From the NCBI GenBank assembly GCA_038150265.1, contig JAYOTF010000010.1, positions 21,445-85,444 on the forward strand: a stretch of DNA of 64,000 bases, written 5' to 3'. Made by a program: the position numbers and the translations under genes. Positions 8,878 to 21,690 of the stretch are shown here, in pieces. The notes under the pieces were generated by a model. The model was not told the origin of the DNA, searched no databases, and saw nothing but the letters and a program-made list of their open reading frames with translations. This stretch comes from Deltaproteobacteria bacterium. GTDB lineage: Bacteria > SAR324 > NAC60-12. Every line of letters begins with the position of its first letter. Positions within the stretch are counted from its first letter, which is position 1.

Positions 8878-9960
8878 TTAGCGCTTGCGGCGTCCAAAGC
8901 CTCCGAAGCTGCGCTTCGTCGGGGCGCTGAAGCTCTTGCGGGTGGGCGCCGAGCGCACCGCCGGTTTGGGGGCCGAAGCAGGCGCCGGACGGCTGACCGC
9001 GCTGTTGCTTCGCCCAAAGCCTCCGCTCCGTGCCGAGCCCGACTGGGCCCGGAACTGCGTGCTCTTCATCTGGTTGAGCGAACTCGTCGAGGTCGGACGG
9101 AACTTGTTGGCCGCAACCGTCTGACCGCCTGCGGTCCGGGCCGCCGAACTCGTGGGGCGGGCGTTGTTGAGCGACGACGTGTACGCGCTCCGGTTCGACT
9201 GCACCGTCGTCACCTGACGCGAAGGGCCCGGATTGTAACCGCCGTACCCGTATCCGTAGCTCGGAGAGAACAGCCAGTTCGCCATCATCGACCCGGCCAT
9301 GGATGCCAGGAACATGCTCCCGAAGCTTGGGGTCGCGGAGTAGTAGGGTGAGTAACCCGGTCCCTGATACATCTGCGGGTTGGGCGCCGACTGCACCGTC
9401 ACCTGATCCTCTCCTTCCCGGATGACCGAGGTGGTCATCACCTCCACCGACTTGTTCTCGGCAATGTCTCGCCAGGCGTCCTGATCACTTCCCGGCGGCA
9501 ACTCCTTCACCTCGGCAGGGTCCGGAACCAGAATGGAGAAGGTCAGGAAGTCCTGCCCACTGTCATTGACCTGCGGCACCACCAGCACCGGATCCGCCAG
9601 GCCATCGCCATTGAGGTCGATGGTGCTGATGTCCCGGATCTTGTTGGAGATCTTGCTCACGAGCGTTGCCAGGAAGTCCTGCTCGCTCACGTTGGCCTCC
9701 ACGGTCTCCTTCACCGCGTCCGTCATCAACGCCGGCACAATCTTCGGGTCCAGGTTCTCTGACAGATCCAGGCCAAAGCGGTCCAGGGCTTCCTGGTTCA
9801 GGCTGTCGCTGACTCCAATCGGGACCGTGCTTTGGGTGAAGGTGGTCTGCTTTGCCTGATCCGAGTCACAGCCACTCACTCCCAGCAGGAAGGCGCTCAA
9901 GACGGTTCCGTAAACAAGCGGCTTGGTCCTGTTTTGAGTTGGGGTCTGTTTCCTTTCCAT
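8878..9960 (-). CDS. Hypothetical lipoprotein with DxNxDG loop and low-complexity basic tail
   Basis: Lipobox VSGC; IDLNGDGLAD; Ser/Gly/Arg-rich C-terminus ending GGFGRRKR. Confidence 0.75.
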   Translation of the reverse strand: MERKQTPTQNRTKPLVYGTVLSAFLLGVSGCDSDQAKQTTFTQSTVPIGVSDSLNQEALDRFGLDLSENLDPKIVPALMTDAVKETVEANVSEQDFLATLVSKISNKIRDISTIDLNGDGLADPVLVVPQVNDSGQDFLTFSILVPDPAEVKELPPGSDQDAWRDIAENKSVEVMTTSVIREGEDQVTVQSAPNPQMYQGPGYSPYYSATPSFGSMFLASMAGSMMANWLFSPSYGYGYGGYNPGPSRQVTTVQSNRSAYTSSLNNARPTSSAARTAGGQTVAANKFRPTSTSSLNQMKSTQFRAQSGSARSGGFGRSNSAVSRPAPASAPKPAVRSAPTRKSFSAPTKRSFGGFGRRKR

Positions 9961-10025
9961 CCTTGCTCCTTGAGGGAAAATGATTGTTGGGGAGACAAAT
10001 CCTCACTTTAGCAGATTTTTTCCTG

Positions 10026-10787
10026 CTACCAGAGGGAAATCGTACCCCTTCCGGGCCAATAGGCCTCTCCTTGCCACGGGTTGAGTCCAAACTCGAGGGA
10101 AAGCCACTGAATCCGCACTCCCTCGTGCCACCCCACGGAGAAACCGGCCAGCCCCCAGAGGGTAACCTGCAGGCCCAGGCCTCCGGGAGTGGACTGCACC
10201 CATGGCCCCAGCGGGAAGTCCTTCCCGATCGCTGTCGGCGGCAGCGCCACCCCCAACTCCGGAAGCTCCCGGAGGACATGTGCCACAAAGGTGTTGCTGT
10301 TCGGACCCGGCCACACGCGATAAAAGAGGGGCGCCGGGTAGCTCGCCACCGCCGCTTCCAGCCGAGGCAGCAAGGCCGTTGCTTCTGGCCCCCGCACCTC
10401 GCCCAGCAGCCGCGCCGGGTTGCCATACCACGAGCGGTTCGGAGGAGCCGACGACTGCGCCACCACCGGCAGGCCCCGGTACTGACGCCACCCGATCACC
10501 TCATGGATCACAAAACGAGACGCCCCGGGCTTCCGGACCGCCACCCAGCAGTGATCGGCAAAGGCGCCCCGCCACCCGTACGTCCGGGCCGCATACACCT
10601 GAATCCACGCCTCCTCGGTCCCCACTTCTTCGAGTGGACGGTCCGGAGCCCTCCGGGCCTGGCTCCAGTGGGTGTGCAGGTCGAGTCCTCCGAACTTCAG
10701 CATCCAGAGCGGTCCCGAAAGCAACACGGCGGTCAGGAGCAGCAACAGTCCCATGGTCAGGAGTCCCTGTTTGAGTCGTTTCCACAT
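10026..10787 (-). CDS. DUF3750-like protein
   Basis: [44 protein letters not shown]. Confidence 0.75.
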   Translation of the reverse strand: MWKRLKQGLLTMGLLLLLTAVLLSGPLWMLKFGGLDLHTHWSQARRAPDRPLEEVGTEEAWIQVYAARTYGWRGAFADHCWVAVRKPGASRFVIHEVIGWRQYRGLPVVAQSSAPPNRSWYGNPARLLGEVRGPEATALLPRLEAAVASYPAPLFYRVWPGPNSNTFVAHVLRELPELGVALPPTAIGKDFPLGPWVQSTPGGLGLQVTLWGLAGFSVGWHEGVRIQWLSLEFGLNPWQGEAYWPGRGTISLW

Positions 10788-10997
10788 CCAGCATCTCGTC
10801 CAGTCGCTTGGCCTCTCGGCCCAGCGGGGTCAGGGGGTCAGGGGCCTAACAGGCCCAAAAGCGGGAAAGGGGAGAAGCGTTTTTCTTCCCAAAAAGGTAG
10901 AATCTTCTGGACCAGATCACAACTGTTCCGTCTCACCCGTTGCCGGGAGCCGGAACCGCGCCCCCTTGACCGTGAATGTTTTTTGAGTGAGTGCCTC

Positions 10998-14729
<3,732 letters not shown>

Positions 14730-14780
14730 GGTTCGGTTTTTGAATTTCTCCGCAAAACTGATTTTTACTGGAGACCGTTC

Positions 14781-15443
14781 ATGCGCCACCTCATCCTTGG
14801 GTTTTCCCTCATTCTGCTTGTCATCAGCGGCTGTTCCCGCTCCAACCTGGTCCGGATCCGTGCCACCATGAGTGGGCTGGAGCAGGGCAAGGCCGAGCAG
14901 CTTGCGGCCACGGACATTGCCACCGCCGGAGCGCAGCTGGACGCGACGCCTGCGAAGTCCGAAGGCCTGGGGCTGCACCTGGTGACCCGTGGCATTCTGC
15001 TCGGAGGCAGCACCCTGACCACCACCTTTGAGGGGGAAACTTCTTCCGGCTCCACCAGCCTCATCAAGGAGACCTCCACCCTGAAGGCCAACTTCACCGA
15101 GGCAGGTTTTGTGATCGGGGAAAACTTCTCGTGGGGCTTTGGCGTGGGGGCCATCTCGGGGGGCACCCTGGAGACCCAGCTCGACTACGGCTACTCGGGA
15201 TCCGGAAGCGAAACCCTGAAGTCTTCCGACGTCTCCGGAACCTCGTCCTTTTTCATGCTGGGGCACCACGGATTCGGCTTTGAGACGGTCTTTGGCTTGC
15301 GTTGGAGTGTCATCAATGCCCATTATTCGAATTGGGACTCCAGCCTTTCGGAAGCCCTCCGGACCTCCCGCACCCTTGACATCACTCCGGACCCCAAGTT
15401 TCAAACCACCACCGCCTTCCTGGGTCTGGGGTTTGTCTTTTAA
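14781..15443 (+). CDS. Hypothetical outer-membrane protein (lipobox plus beta-strand-rich body)
   Basis: Signal ending ISGC; alternating beta-strand pattern; C-terminal FLGLGFVF. Confidence 0.65.
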   Translation: MRHLILGFSLILLVISGCSRSNLVRIRATMSGLEQGKAEQLAATDIATAGAQLDATPAKSEGLGLHLVTRGILLGGSTLTTTFEGETSSGSTSLIKETSTLKANFTEAGFVIGENFSWGFGVGAISGGTLETQLDYGYSGSGSETLKSSDVSGTSSFFMLGHHGFGFETVFGLRWSVINAHYSNWDSSLSEALRTSRTLDITPDPKFQTTTAFLGLGFVF

Positions 15444-15466
15444 AACCTCTCCTTTCGGTGTGGACC

Positions 15467-16783
15467 ATGCCTTCTAAGAAACTGATCCTCCTCGGCTGCG
15501 CCGGCACGCTCCTCTGGATCGGCTGCGGCATGCCGCTCAGTGACGAACCCGACAACCCTTACGAATCACCTGCGACGCTGTCGGTGGAAACCACCACCCC
15601 TGAAGCCGGGGCGTCGGGGGTCTCGTTGACCGACAACCTGACCGTCACCTTCAATCAGGGCGTCGGGGGAGACGGCATGCCCACCAGCTCTTCCAATGCC
15701 TGCACAGCGGGCATTCAGCTCTCTTTCGACGGGTTTGCCACCTGCGAGATCGCCAGCCTGACGACGACCCGGGATTTCCTGACCTACACGCTGGATCCGG
15801 AAGGATCGCTGGCGTCCGAGACCACCTATCAGCTCCGGGCCAGCGGCGTCCAGGCACTCGGTGGCGCCACCCTGACTCAAGAGGCCGGCATCAGCTTCAC
15901 AACGGAAGCCCTCTGTGACTCCGGATGCGACTGGGAGGAGTTGACCCCAAGTGGCCTCACCGCTCGGCAAGGGCACGCTGGAGTCACTTTCAACAACAAG
16001 ATGTATGTGCTGGGAGGGTTTGCAGCAAACGGTAACCGAATGAATACAGTGGAATCCTCTACCGATGGTATCACCTGGTCCACTGAAACCACTCCCGGCT
16101 GGACGGCCCGGAATGGTTTGGCAGCGGTGGTGTATCGAGGCAAGATTTGGGTCATTGGCGGCGACGATGGAAGCGTCAGGAATGACGTGTGGACCTTTGA
16201 TGGAACCACTTGGACTGAAGTACGGGCAAACGGCACTGGCAGCGGTTTCACCGCCCGTTCCGGTCACGCAGCAATCGTCTTTGACGATCAACTCTGGGTG
16301 ATGGGGGGCTCCGATGGAAGCAATGGCTACCTCAATGACATCTGGAGCTCAACCGATGGCATCGACTGGACTCCACAGGGAACCGCCTCCTGGTCAGTAC
16401 GTGCCGATCACACTGCGGCCTTCTTAGATGGAAAAATCTGGATCATGGGAGGGTCAAACGGTAGTGCCCTCAGCGACGTTTGGTCTTCCTCGAATGGCAC
16501 GACTTGGACTCGAGTGAGCTCTTCGGCATTTCCAGCCGATCAAGACCACCAGAGCGCCATTTTTGAACAGGCGCTCTGGGCGGTCCAGGGGGATAACGGC
16601 AGCGGTCGCGTTCACTTCTGGACTTCGACAAGTGGTGCCAGTTGGAGCCAGGGGACCACGAACTATACCTGGAACACCAGCATCTCGAACGGGGTCCTGC
16701 TCCGTTACGACAATGCCCTCTACCTCATTGGAGGAACGGATGGCTCCAACGCGTTGAACACGGTTCTCCGCTATGGAAAGTGA
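15467..16783 (+). CDS. Lipoprotein with Ig-like (Big_5-type) domain and six Kelch-type repeats
   Basis: Lipobox WIGC; TTPEAGASGVSLTDNLTVTFN Ig start; repeats ending KMYVLGG, KIWVIGG, QLWVMGG, KIWIMGG, ALWAVQG, ALYLIGG. Confidence 0.8.
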   Translation: MPSKKLILLGCAGTLLWIGCGMPLSDEPDNPYESPATLSVETTTPEAGASGVSLTDNLTVTFNQGVGGDGMPTSSSNACTAGIQLSFDGFATCEIASLTTTRDFLTYTLDPEGSLASETTYQLRASGVQALGGATLTQEAGISFTTEALCDSGCDWEELTPSGLTARQGHAGVTFNNKMYVLGGFAANGNRMNTVESSTDGITWSTETTPGWTARNGLAAVVYRGKIWVIGGDDGSVRNDVWTFDGTTWTEVRANGTGSGFTARSGHAAIVFDDQLWVMGGSDGSNGYLNDIWSSTDGIDWTPQGTASWSVRADHTAAFLDGKIWIMGGSNGSALSDVWSSSNGTTWTRVSSSAFPADQDHQSAIFEQALWAVQGDNGSGRVHFWTSTSGASWSQGTTNYTWNTSISNGVLLRYDNALYLIGGTDGSNALNTVLRYGK

Positions 16784-16819
16784 GGATTGAGACGGATCCA
16801 ACCGATCTTTTTTGAGGTG

Positions 16820-16835
16820 TGGCCTTTTGTTTGCA
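16820..16835 (+). promoter_or_regulatory. Putative sigma54 (-24/-12) promoter of flgB
   Basis: TGGCCTTTTGTTTGCA gives GG-N10-GC, about 50 nt upstream of the flgB ATG. Confidence 0.65.
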
Positions 16836-16883
16836 TTTTGTTCTGTAAACAGTATGGTTCAACCCCAGCCACACGGTAAGACA

Positions 16884-17300
16884 ATGGCAGGAATCCTCAA
16901 CAGCAAGATCACCACCCTCGCTCAAAAGTCCCTCGACTTCCGGAGCAAACGACACGATGTGTTGGCCTCGAACGTGGCCAACATGAGCACCCCCGGCTAC
17001 CAGGCGGAAGACCTCGTCTTTGAAAGCACCCTCGCGGCCGCCATGAACGCCGATCAGCCGGGACCCCTGAAGACCACGAATTCGCGGCACCTGGACGGAC
17101 GCAACACTCCGCCTCTGGAGCTGGCTCAGGCTCAGCGCATTCATAGCGCCGCGCCGCACCCGAGCGAAAATGGCAACACGGTGGACCTCGACAAGGAAAT
17201 GGCCAAGATCGCGGAAAACCAGATGATGTACAACGCCTCGCTCCGCATGCTCCAGCACGAGTTCCGCATGCTCAAAACCGCTATCTCCGAGGGCCGCTAA
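16884..17300 (+). CDS. flgB: Flagellar basal-body rod protein FlgB
   Basis: RHDVLASNVANMSTPGY, NGNTVDLDKEMAKIAENQMMY. Confidence 0.95.
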   Translation: MAGILNSKITTLAQKSLDFRSKRHDVLASNVANMSTPGYQAEDLVFESTLAAAMNADQPGPLKTTNSRHLDGRNTPPLELAQAQRIHSAAPHPSENGNTVDLDKEMAKIAENQMMYNASLRMLQHEFRMLKTAISEGR

Positions 17301-17746
17301 TGAGCTTCTTTTCTGCTTTGAACACCAGCGTTTCCGGCATGACGGCGCAGCGCCTGCGCGTGAATACCATTTCGGAAAACATTGCCAACGCCCAAACCAC
17401 CCGGACTCCCGAAGGCGGCCCCTACCGTCGGCGCGAGGTGATCCTGGCTGCCGTTTCCAACGACCGTACGTTTGAAGAGGAGCTGCGCTCGCAAGACCGC
17501 TCCCTGAGCACCGCCACGGAAGTCAAGGTGGTGGGAATGACCAAGGACTCGCGTCCGCCCCTCCTTCGCTATGAGCCCGGACATCCGGACGCCAACGAAG
17601 AAGGGTACGTGGCCATGCCGAATGTCAACGTCATGGAAGAGATGGTGAACATGATGATGGCGTCTCGTGCCTACGAAGCCAACTCTGCCGCATTCAACGC
17701 CTCGAAGAAGATGGCAGAATCGGCTCTGGATCTGGGAAGAGGTTAA
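17300..17746 (+). CDS. flgC: Flagellar basal-body rod protein FlgC
   Basis: SGMTAQRLRVNTISENIANA, GGPYRRR, YEPGHPDA, MPNVN..EEMVNM..ASRAYEAN. Confidence 0.95.
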   Translation: MSFFSALNTSVSGMTAQRLRVNTISENIANAQTTRTPEGGPYRRREVILAAVSNDRTFEEELRSQDRSLSTATEVKVVGMTKDSRPPLLRYEPGHPDANEEGYVAMPNVNVMEEMVNMMMASRAYEANSAAFNASKKMAESALDLGRG

Positions 17747-17808
17747 CCTCTTTAACCTTCAGGCGGCACGCCAAGGAGGCACCGTCGCCAAACGCCATGG
17801 AGGCTTAA

Positions 17809-18072
17809 ATGACTGAATCCAATCGTCTTTCAATGGAGCTCATGCCATTGAATGAAACTCTGGCGCGGATGTCGCATCTCTCGGCTCAGGCGGGTCAGAC
17901 CCTGAACAATCTGCCGACCGACCCGGAACAGATGCTGGAGCGGGCCGCGACTGTGCGGCAGTTTCACAGCCAGCTCATGGACGCACGCGCTCAACTCGTT
18001 GCCCTCTACCGACAGCAACGGATGGAGCGTCATCCATCCTCGCACCCCTTTTTTGAAGAGACGTCCCCATGA
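17809..18072 (+). CDS. Hypothetical protein, divergent FliE-like
   Basis: GGAGG RBS; overlaps the fliE start (ATGA); shares D-x21-RxxLVxxY register with FliE. Confidence 0.65.
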   Translation: MTESNRLSMELMPLNETLARMSHLSAQAGQTLNNLPTDPEQMLERAATVRQFHSQLMDARAQLVALYRQQRMERHPSSHPFFEETSP

Positions 18073-18368
18073 ACGTACCCAAGGTAACCACGAACCCGTT
18101 GCAGGCCCTCAACTCGGCAACCCAGCAAGGCCAACAGCAGCCTCAGGATACCGGAGTGTACGGTTCATTTGCCAACATGCTGGACGCCGTCAATCAGCAG
18201 CAGCTGGAGGCCGGAGCCAAAAAAGCTGAGCTGATGACCTCGCAGAACAAGGACATCCACGGGACAATGATTGCCTTGGAAAAAGCCGACATCTCCATGC
18301 GGCTCATGCTTCAGGTCCGCAACAAGCTCGTCACCGCCTACGAAGAAGTGATGCGCATGCAGGTGTGA
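18069..18368 (+). CDS. fliE: Flagellar hook-basal body protein FliE
   Basis: DIHGTMIALEKADISMRLMLQVRNKLVTAYEEVMRMQV. Confidence 0.95.
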   Translation: MNVPKVTTNPLQALNSATQQGQQQPQDTGVYGSFANMLDAVNQQQLEAGAKKAELMTSQNKDIHGTMIALEKADISMRLMLQVRNKLVTAYEEVMRMQV

Positions 18369-19571
18369 TCACTTGATCACTTCCTCCAGATAACGCTGCT
18401 GGCGCAAGGTTCCCTCACCTTGCTGCCGGTTGCGCTTCATGATGTTCTCCCGAAAGCTCGGGTTGGCTTGGAAATCGTAGTCAAACTTGAGCGGCCGAAT
18501 CCCCTTCTCCGACCAATACCCCCGTCCTTCTCGTGTCTCCCGTCGGGCCTGCGAGGCCATGCTGGGTCGAGACATCTGCTGAGCCTGCTGCTGCATCTGC
18601 GAGAGGCTTTGCTGCAGCTGCCCCAGCGCCTGCTGCGTCCGTTGCGCTCCCTGCATCGCTTCCCCCGGGTTTCCGCTTTCTCCCAACGACTGCTCCGTTT
18701 CTTCTGACGCCTGACGCCCTTGCTGCATCAGCGACTCGGCCGACTGTGCCGACATCAGGGAGCGGCTGTCGAGGTTTTCCAGCATCTCCTGCATCCTCCG
18801 GATCATCTCGCTGATCTGCTGCTGCATCTGCTCGGCCGTCATCCGCTCCTGAGAGGGCATTTCCGACTGCCCCTGGTGGGGCTGAAGCTGCTGCTGGACC
18901 TGCTGCTGCTGCTGCCGGGCCTCCTGAAGCTGCCGCTGCAGTTCCTGAAGCTGCTTCTGGGCTTCGGCAAAGCGCTCATCGTAGTGCTGCTGAAGCTGCT
19001 GCTGAAGCTGCTGCTGCTGCTCGTTGAGGGCTGAGAGCATCTGGTTGAGCAGCTCCTGCGCCTCCTGCACGCGGTTCTCTTCGAGCAGCTGCTTGAGGGC
19101 TTCCATCAACGTATCCACCGGCACCTCCGGAGGCGCGGCAGCATCTGGTTGCTGGGGCAGAAAAGACGCCAGGTCCTGCTGCTGCTGCAGCATGTCCTGA
19201 AGCTGCTGCTCAAACTCGGCCAGCATCTCCAGCACCTGATCCTTCAGGGCCTCATCCGGATTCTGCTTCAGCTCCTCCATCCACTGCTCCAGCGTCTGCA
19301 GGTCCTGAAAGGCATCGTCGCTTTCACTGAGCGTGTCCTGCTGCTCCTGCTGCTCCAGCAACAGCCGGAGCCGTTGCCGCAGGTCCCCCATGGTCCGGTG
19401 CTCCTCCTGCATCAGCACAAGCTGTTCCGGAGTAGGAGCGCTCTCGGCCCAGAGCGGTGCCGGGGCCACGCTTCCCAGCACCAGGCAAAACCCGGCTCCA
19501 GAAGCAAGGAGTTTGCTGAGAATTCCCTTGTTGCTGCGTGCAGTCTTGTGGTATTTTTGTACGTTTTTCAT
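18369..19571 (-). CDS. Secreted Gln-rich coiled-coil protein (DUF4175 C-terminal-like)
   Basis: Signal-like N-terminus, Q/E/L/M-rich heptads, C-terminal FRENIM...RYLEEVIK. Confidence 0.65.
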   Translation of the reverse strand: MKNVQKYHKTARSNKGILSKLLASGAGFCLVLGSVAPAPLWAESAPTPEQLVLMQEEHRTMGDLRQRLRLLLEQQEQQDTLSESDDAFQDLQTLEQWMEELKQNPDEALKDQVLEMLAEFEQQLQDMLQQQQDLASFLPQQPDAAAPPEVPVDTLMEALKQLLEENRVQEAQELLNQMLSALNEQQQQLQQQLQQHYDERFAEAQKQLQELQRQLQEARQQQQQVQQQLQPHQGQSEMPSQERMTAEQMQQQISEMIRRMQEMLENLDSRSLMSAQSAESLMQQGRQASEETEQSLGESGNPGEAMQGAQRTQQALGQLQQSLSQMQQQAQQMSRPSMASQARRETREGRGYWSEKGIRPLKFDYDFQANPSFRENIMKRNRQQGEGTLRQQRYLEEVIK

Positions 19572-19621
19572 GGCAATCCGGCCTGACTTTTCTAGATTCC
19601 AACACAATCAACAGCAATAGC

Positions 19622-21409
19622 ATGAACTGGATGAGAACGCACTACTGTGGCGACTTGCGCGCGGCACAGGTAGGCGACGAAGTCTCTCTGATGGGGTGGT
19701 GTCAAACACGTCGCGATCACGGAGGCGTGATCTTTGTCGACCTGCGTGACTACACAGGAGTGTCTCAAGTCGTTTTCAAGATGGAAATCAATGCTGAGGC
19801 ACACCAGGAGGCCGACCGCATCCGGAACGAATTTGTGCTCGCTGTTCAGGGCAAGGTTGCCCACCGCATTGAAGGCAACGTCAACCCCAAGCTCCCCACA
19901 GGCGAGATTGAGGTGCTGGTCGAAACCCTTGAGATCCTCAACCCCTCGCAAACCCTGCCCTATCAGCTGGAGGACCGGAACGAGGTGGACGAGAAGATCC
20001 GCCTCGCGTACCGCTTCCTCGACCTGCGGCATCCGGAGTTGCAGCGCAACCTGATGCTGCGCTCTCAGGCCATGCAGATCGTCCGGGGCTACCTCACCGA
20101 GCAGCACCGCTTCTTTGAGGTCGAGACCCCCATTCTGACCAAGTCCACTCCGGAAGGCGCTCGCGACTACCTCGTGCCGTCTCGGGTCAACCCCGGCATG
20201 TTCTACGCCCTTCCGCAGTCCCCTCAGCTCTTCAAGCAGCTGCTGATGGTCAGTGGCTTCGACCGCTACCTGCAGATTGCCCGCTGCTTCCGCGACGAAG
20301 ACCTGCGCGGCAACCGGCAGCCCGAATTCACCCAGATCGACCTGGAGCTGAGCTTCACGCAGCCTGAAGAAATCTTCGGCATCATCGAAGGCATGTTTGC
20401 CAAGCTCTTCCAGGACACCATTCAGGTGGAAGTGCCCACCCCCTTCCCCCGGATGACCTACCAAGAGGCCATGGACCGCTTTGGCTCCGATGCGCCCGAC
20501 CTGCGGTTTGGGCTGGAGCTGAAGGACGTTTCAGACATTGCCTCCCAGAGCGAGCTGAAGGTCTTTGGCGACGTCATTGCCAAGGGGGGGCTGGTCAAGG
20601 CGATCTGTGTCCCCGGAGGCGCCGAGCTGTCCCGGAAGGACCTGGATGACCTGACTCAGTTTGCCCAGATTTATGGGGCCAAGGGGATGGCGTGGATCAA
20701 GCGGAACCCGGACGGGTGGCAGTCGCCCATTGCCAAATTCTTCCCGGAAGCCCTCCAGCAGCAGCTCAATGAGCGGGTCGACCTCAACGTTGGAGACCTG
20801 GTGCTGTTCTGCGCCGACACCCCGAAGGTGGTGCATGACACCCTGGGGAACCTCCGCAAGGAGCTCGCCCGCCGGCGAGGACTGATCGATGACAGCGTCT
20901 ACAAATTTGTCTGGATCACCGACTTCCCACTCTTCGAGTACAGTGAAACAGACAAGCGCTGGACCTCCACGCACCACCCGTTCACCATGCCCAACCTCGA
21001 CGACCTCGAGCAGCATGCTGAAAGCGACCCTGGAAAGGTCCGCTCCATTGCCTACGACGTGGCCCTCAATGGGGTGGAAGTGGGAGGTGGCAGCATCCGG
21101 ATCCACCGGCAGGACATCCAGAACCGCGTCTTCCAACTCCTCAAGCTGAGCGAGGAGGAAATTGAGAGCAAATTCGGCTTCCTCATGAAGGCCCTCTCCT
21201 TTGGCGCTCCTCCGCACGGAGGCATCGCCCTCGGTTTTGACCGCATCATGATGTTCCTGCTCCAAACCGACTCCATCCGCGACGTCATCGCGTTCCCCAA
21301 AACGCAACGGGCTTCCTGCCTGATGACCGATGCCCCTTCCGCTGTCGAGACGGCTCAGCTGGACGAGCTTCACATCCGGGTGAAGGCCTCGGCTCAGTCC
21401 GCCAGCTAA
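19622..21409 (+). CDS. aspS: Aspartate-tRNA ligase (probably non-discriminating)
   Basis: [59 protein letters not shown]. Confidence 0.97.
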   Translation: MNWMRTHYCGDLRAAQVGDEVSLMGWCQTRRDHGGVIFVDLRDYTGVSQVVFKMEINAEAHQEADRIRNEFVLAVQGKVAHRIEGNVNPKLPTGEIEVLVETLEILNPSQTLPYQLEDRNEVDEKIRLAYRFLDLRHPELQRNLMLRSQAMQIVRGYLTEQHRFFEVETPILTKSTPEGARDYLVPSRVNPGMFYALPQSPQLFKQLLMVSGFDRYLQIARCFRDEDLRGNRQPEFTQIDLELSFTQPEEIFGIIEGMFAKLFQDTIQVEVPTPFPRMTYQEAMDRFGSDAPDLRFGLELKDVSDIASQSELKVFGDVIAKGGLVKAICVPGGAELSRKDLDDLTQFAQIYGAKGMAWIKRNPDGWQSPIAKFFPEALQQQLNERVDLNVGDLVLFCADTPKVVHDTLGNLRKELARRRGLIDDSVYKFVWITDFPLFEYSETDKRWTSTHHPFTMPNLDDLEQHAESDPGKVRSIAYDVALNGVEVGGGSIRIHRQDIQNRVFQLLKLSEEEIESKFGFLMKALSFGAPPHGGIALGFDRIMMFLLQTDSIRDVIAFPKTQRASCLMTDAPSAVETAQLDELHIRVKASAQSAS

Positions 21410-21429
21410 GGCGGGACCGGTTAATTTTG

Positions 21430-21472
21430 TCCCTGAATGCAATTAAGCTTGTGCCTCAGCTGCATTCAGGGA
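21430..21472. repeat. Perfect 12-bp inverted repeat downstream of aspS
   Basis: TCCCTGAATGCA-N19-TGCATTCAGGGA; no U-tract follows. Confidence 0.7.
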
Positions 21473-21690
21473 ATACTGGTGAATTGCTTTCATCCCGACC
21501 CAGTCAACGTTGACTCGACTCCAACCCACTGCCTTGGCTCAGTTCTGAGAGCTTCCTAGACGTCCTTCCTCAAACGGACGCATTCTGGTTCTTCCCTGCC
21601 TCAGTGTACCTTCTTGGTTGCAACAGCGGACTCTTCGGTCCCCAAACGGCATGGACAACCGAATCTTGATTCCATCCACTTTGGAGACCA

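Noticed and set aside
9984..10997. 338-aa N-terminal extension of the oxoprolinase (1581-aa ORF)
   Set aside because: It is the antisense shadow of the DUF3750-like gene; family homology begins at ATG 10998.
15930..16783. Diversity-generating retroelement target in the Kelch gene
   Set aside because: No reverse transcriptase and no template/variable repeat pair with adenine-specific differences were seen.
18560..19420. CTG-rich tandem repeats as a CRISPR array or microsatellite
   Set aside because: They are Gln/Leu codons of a coiled-coil protein, with no fixed repeat-spacer period.
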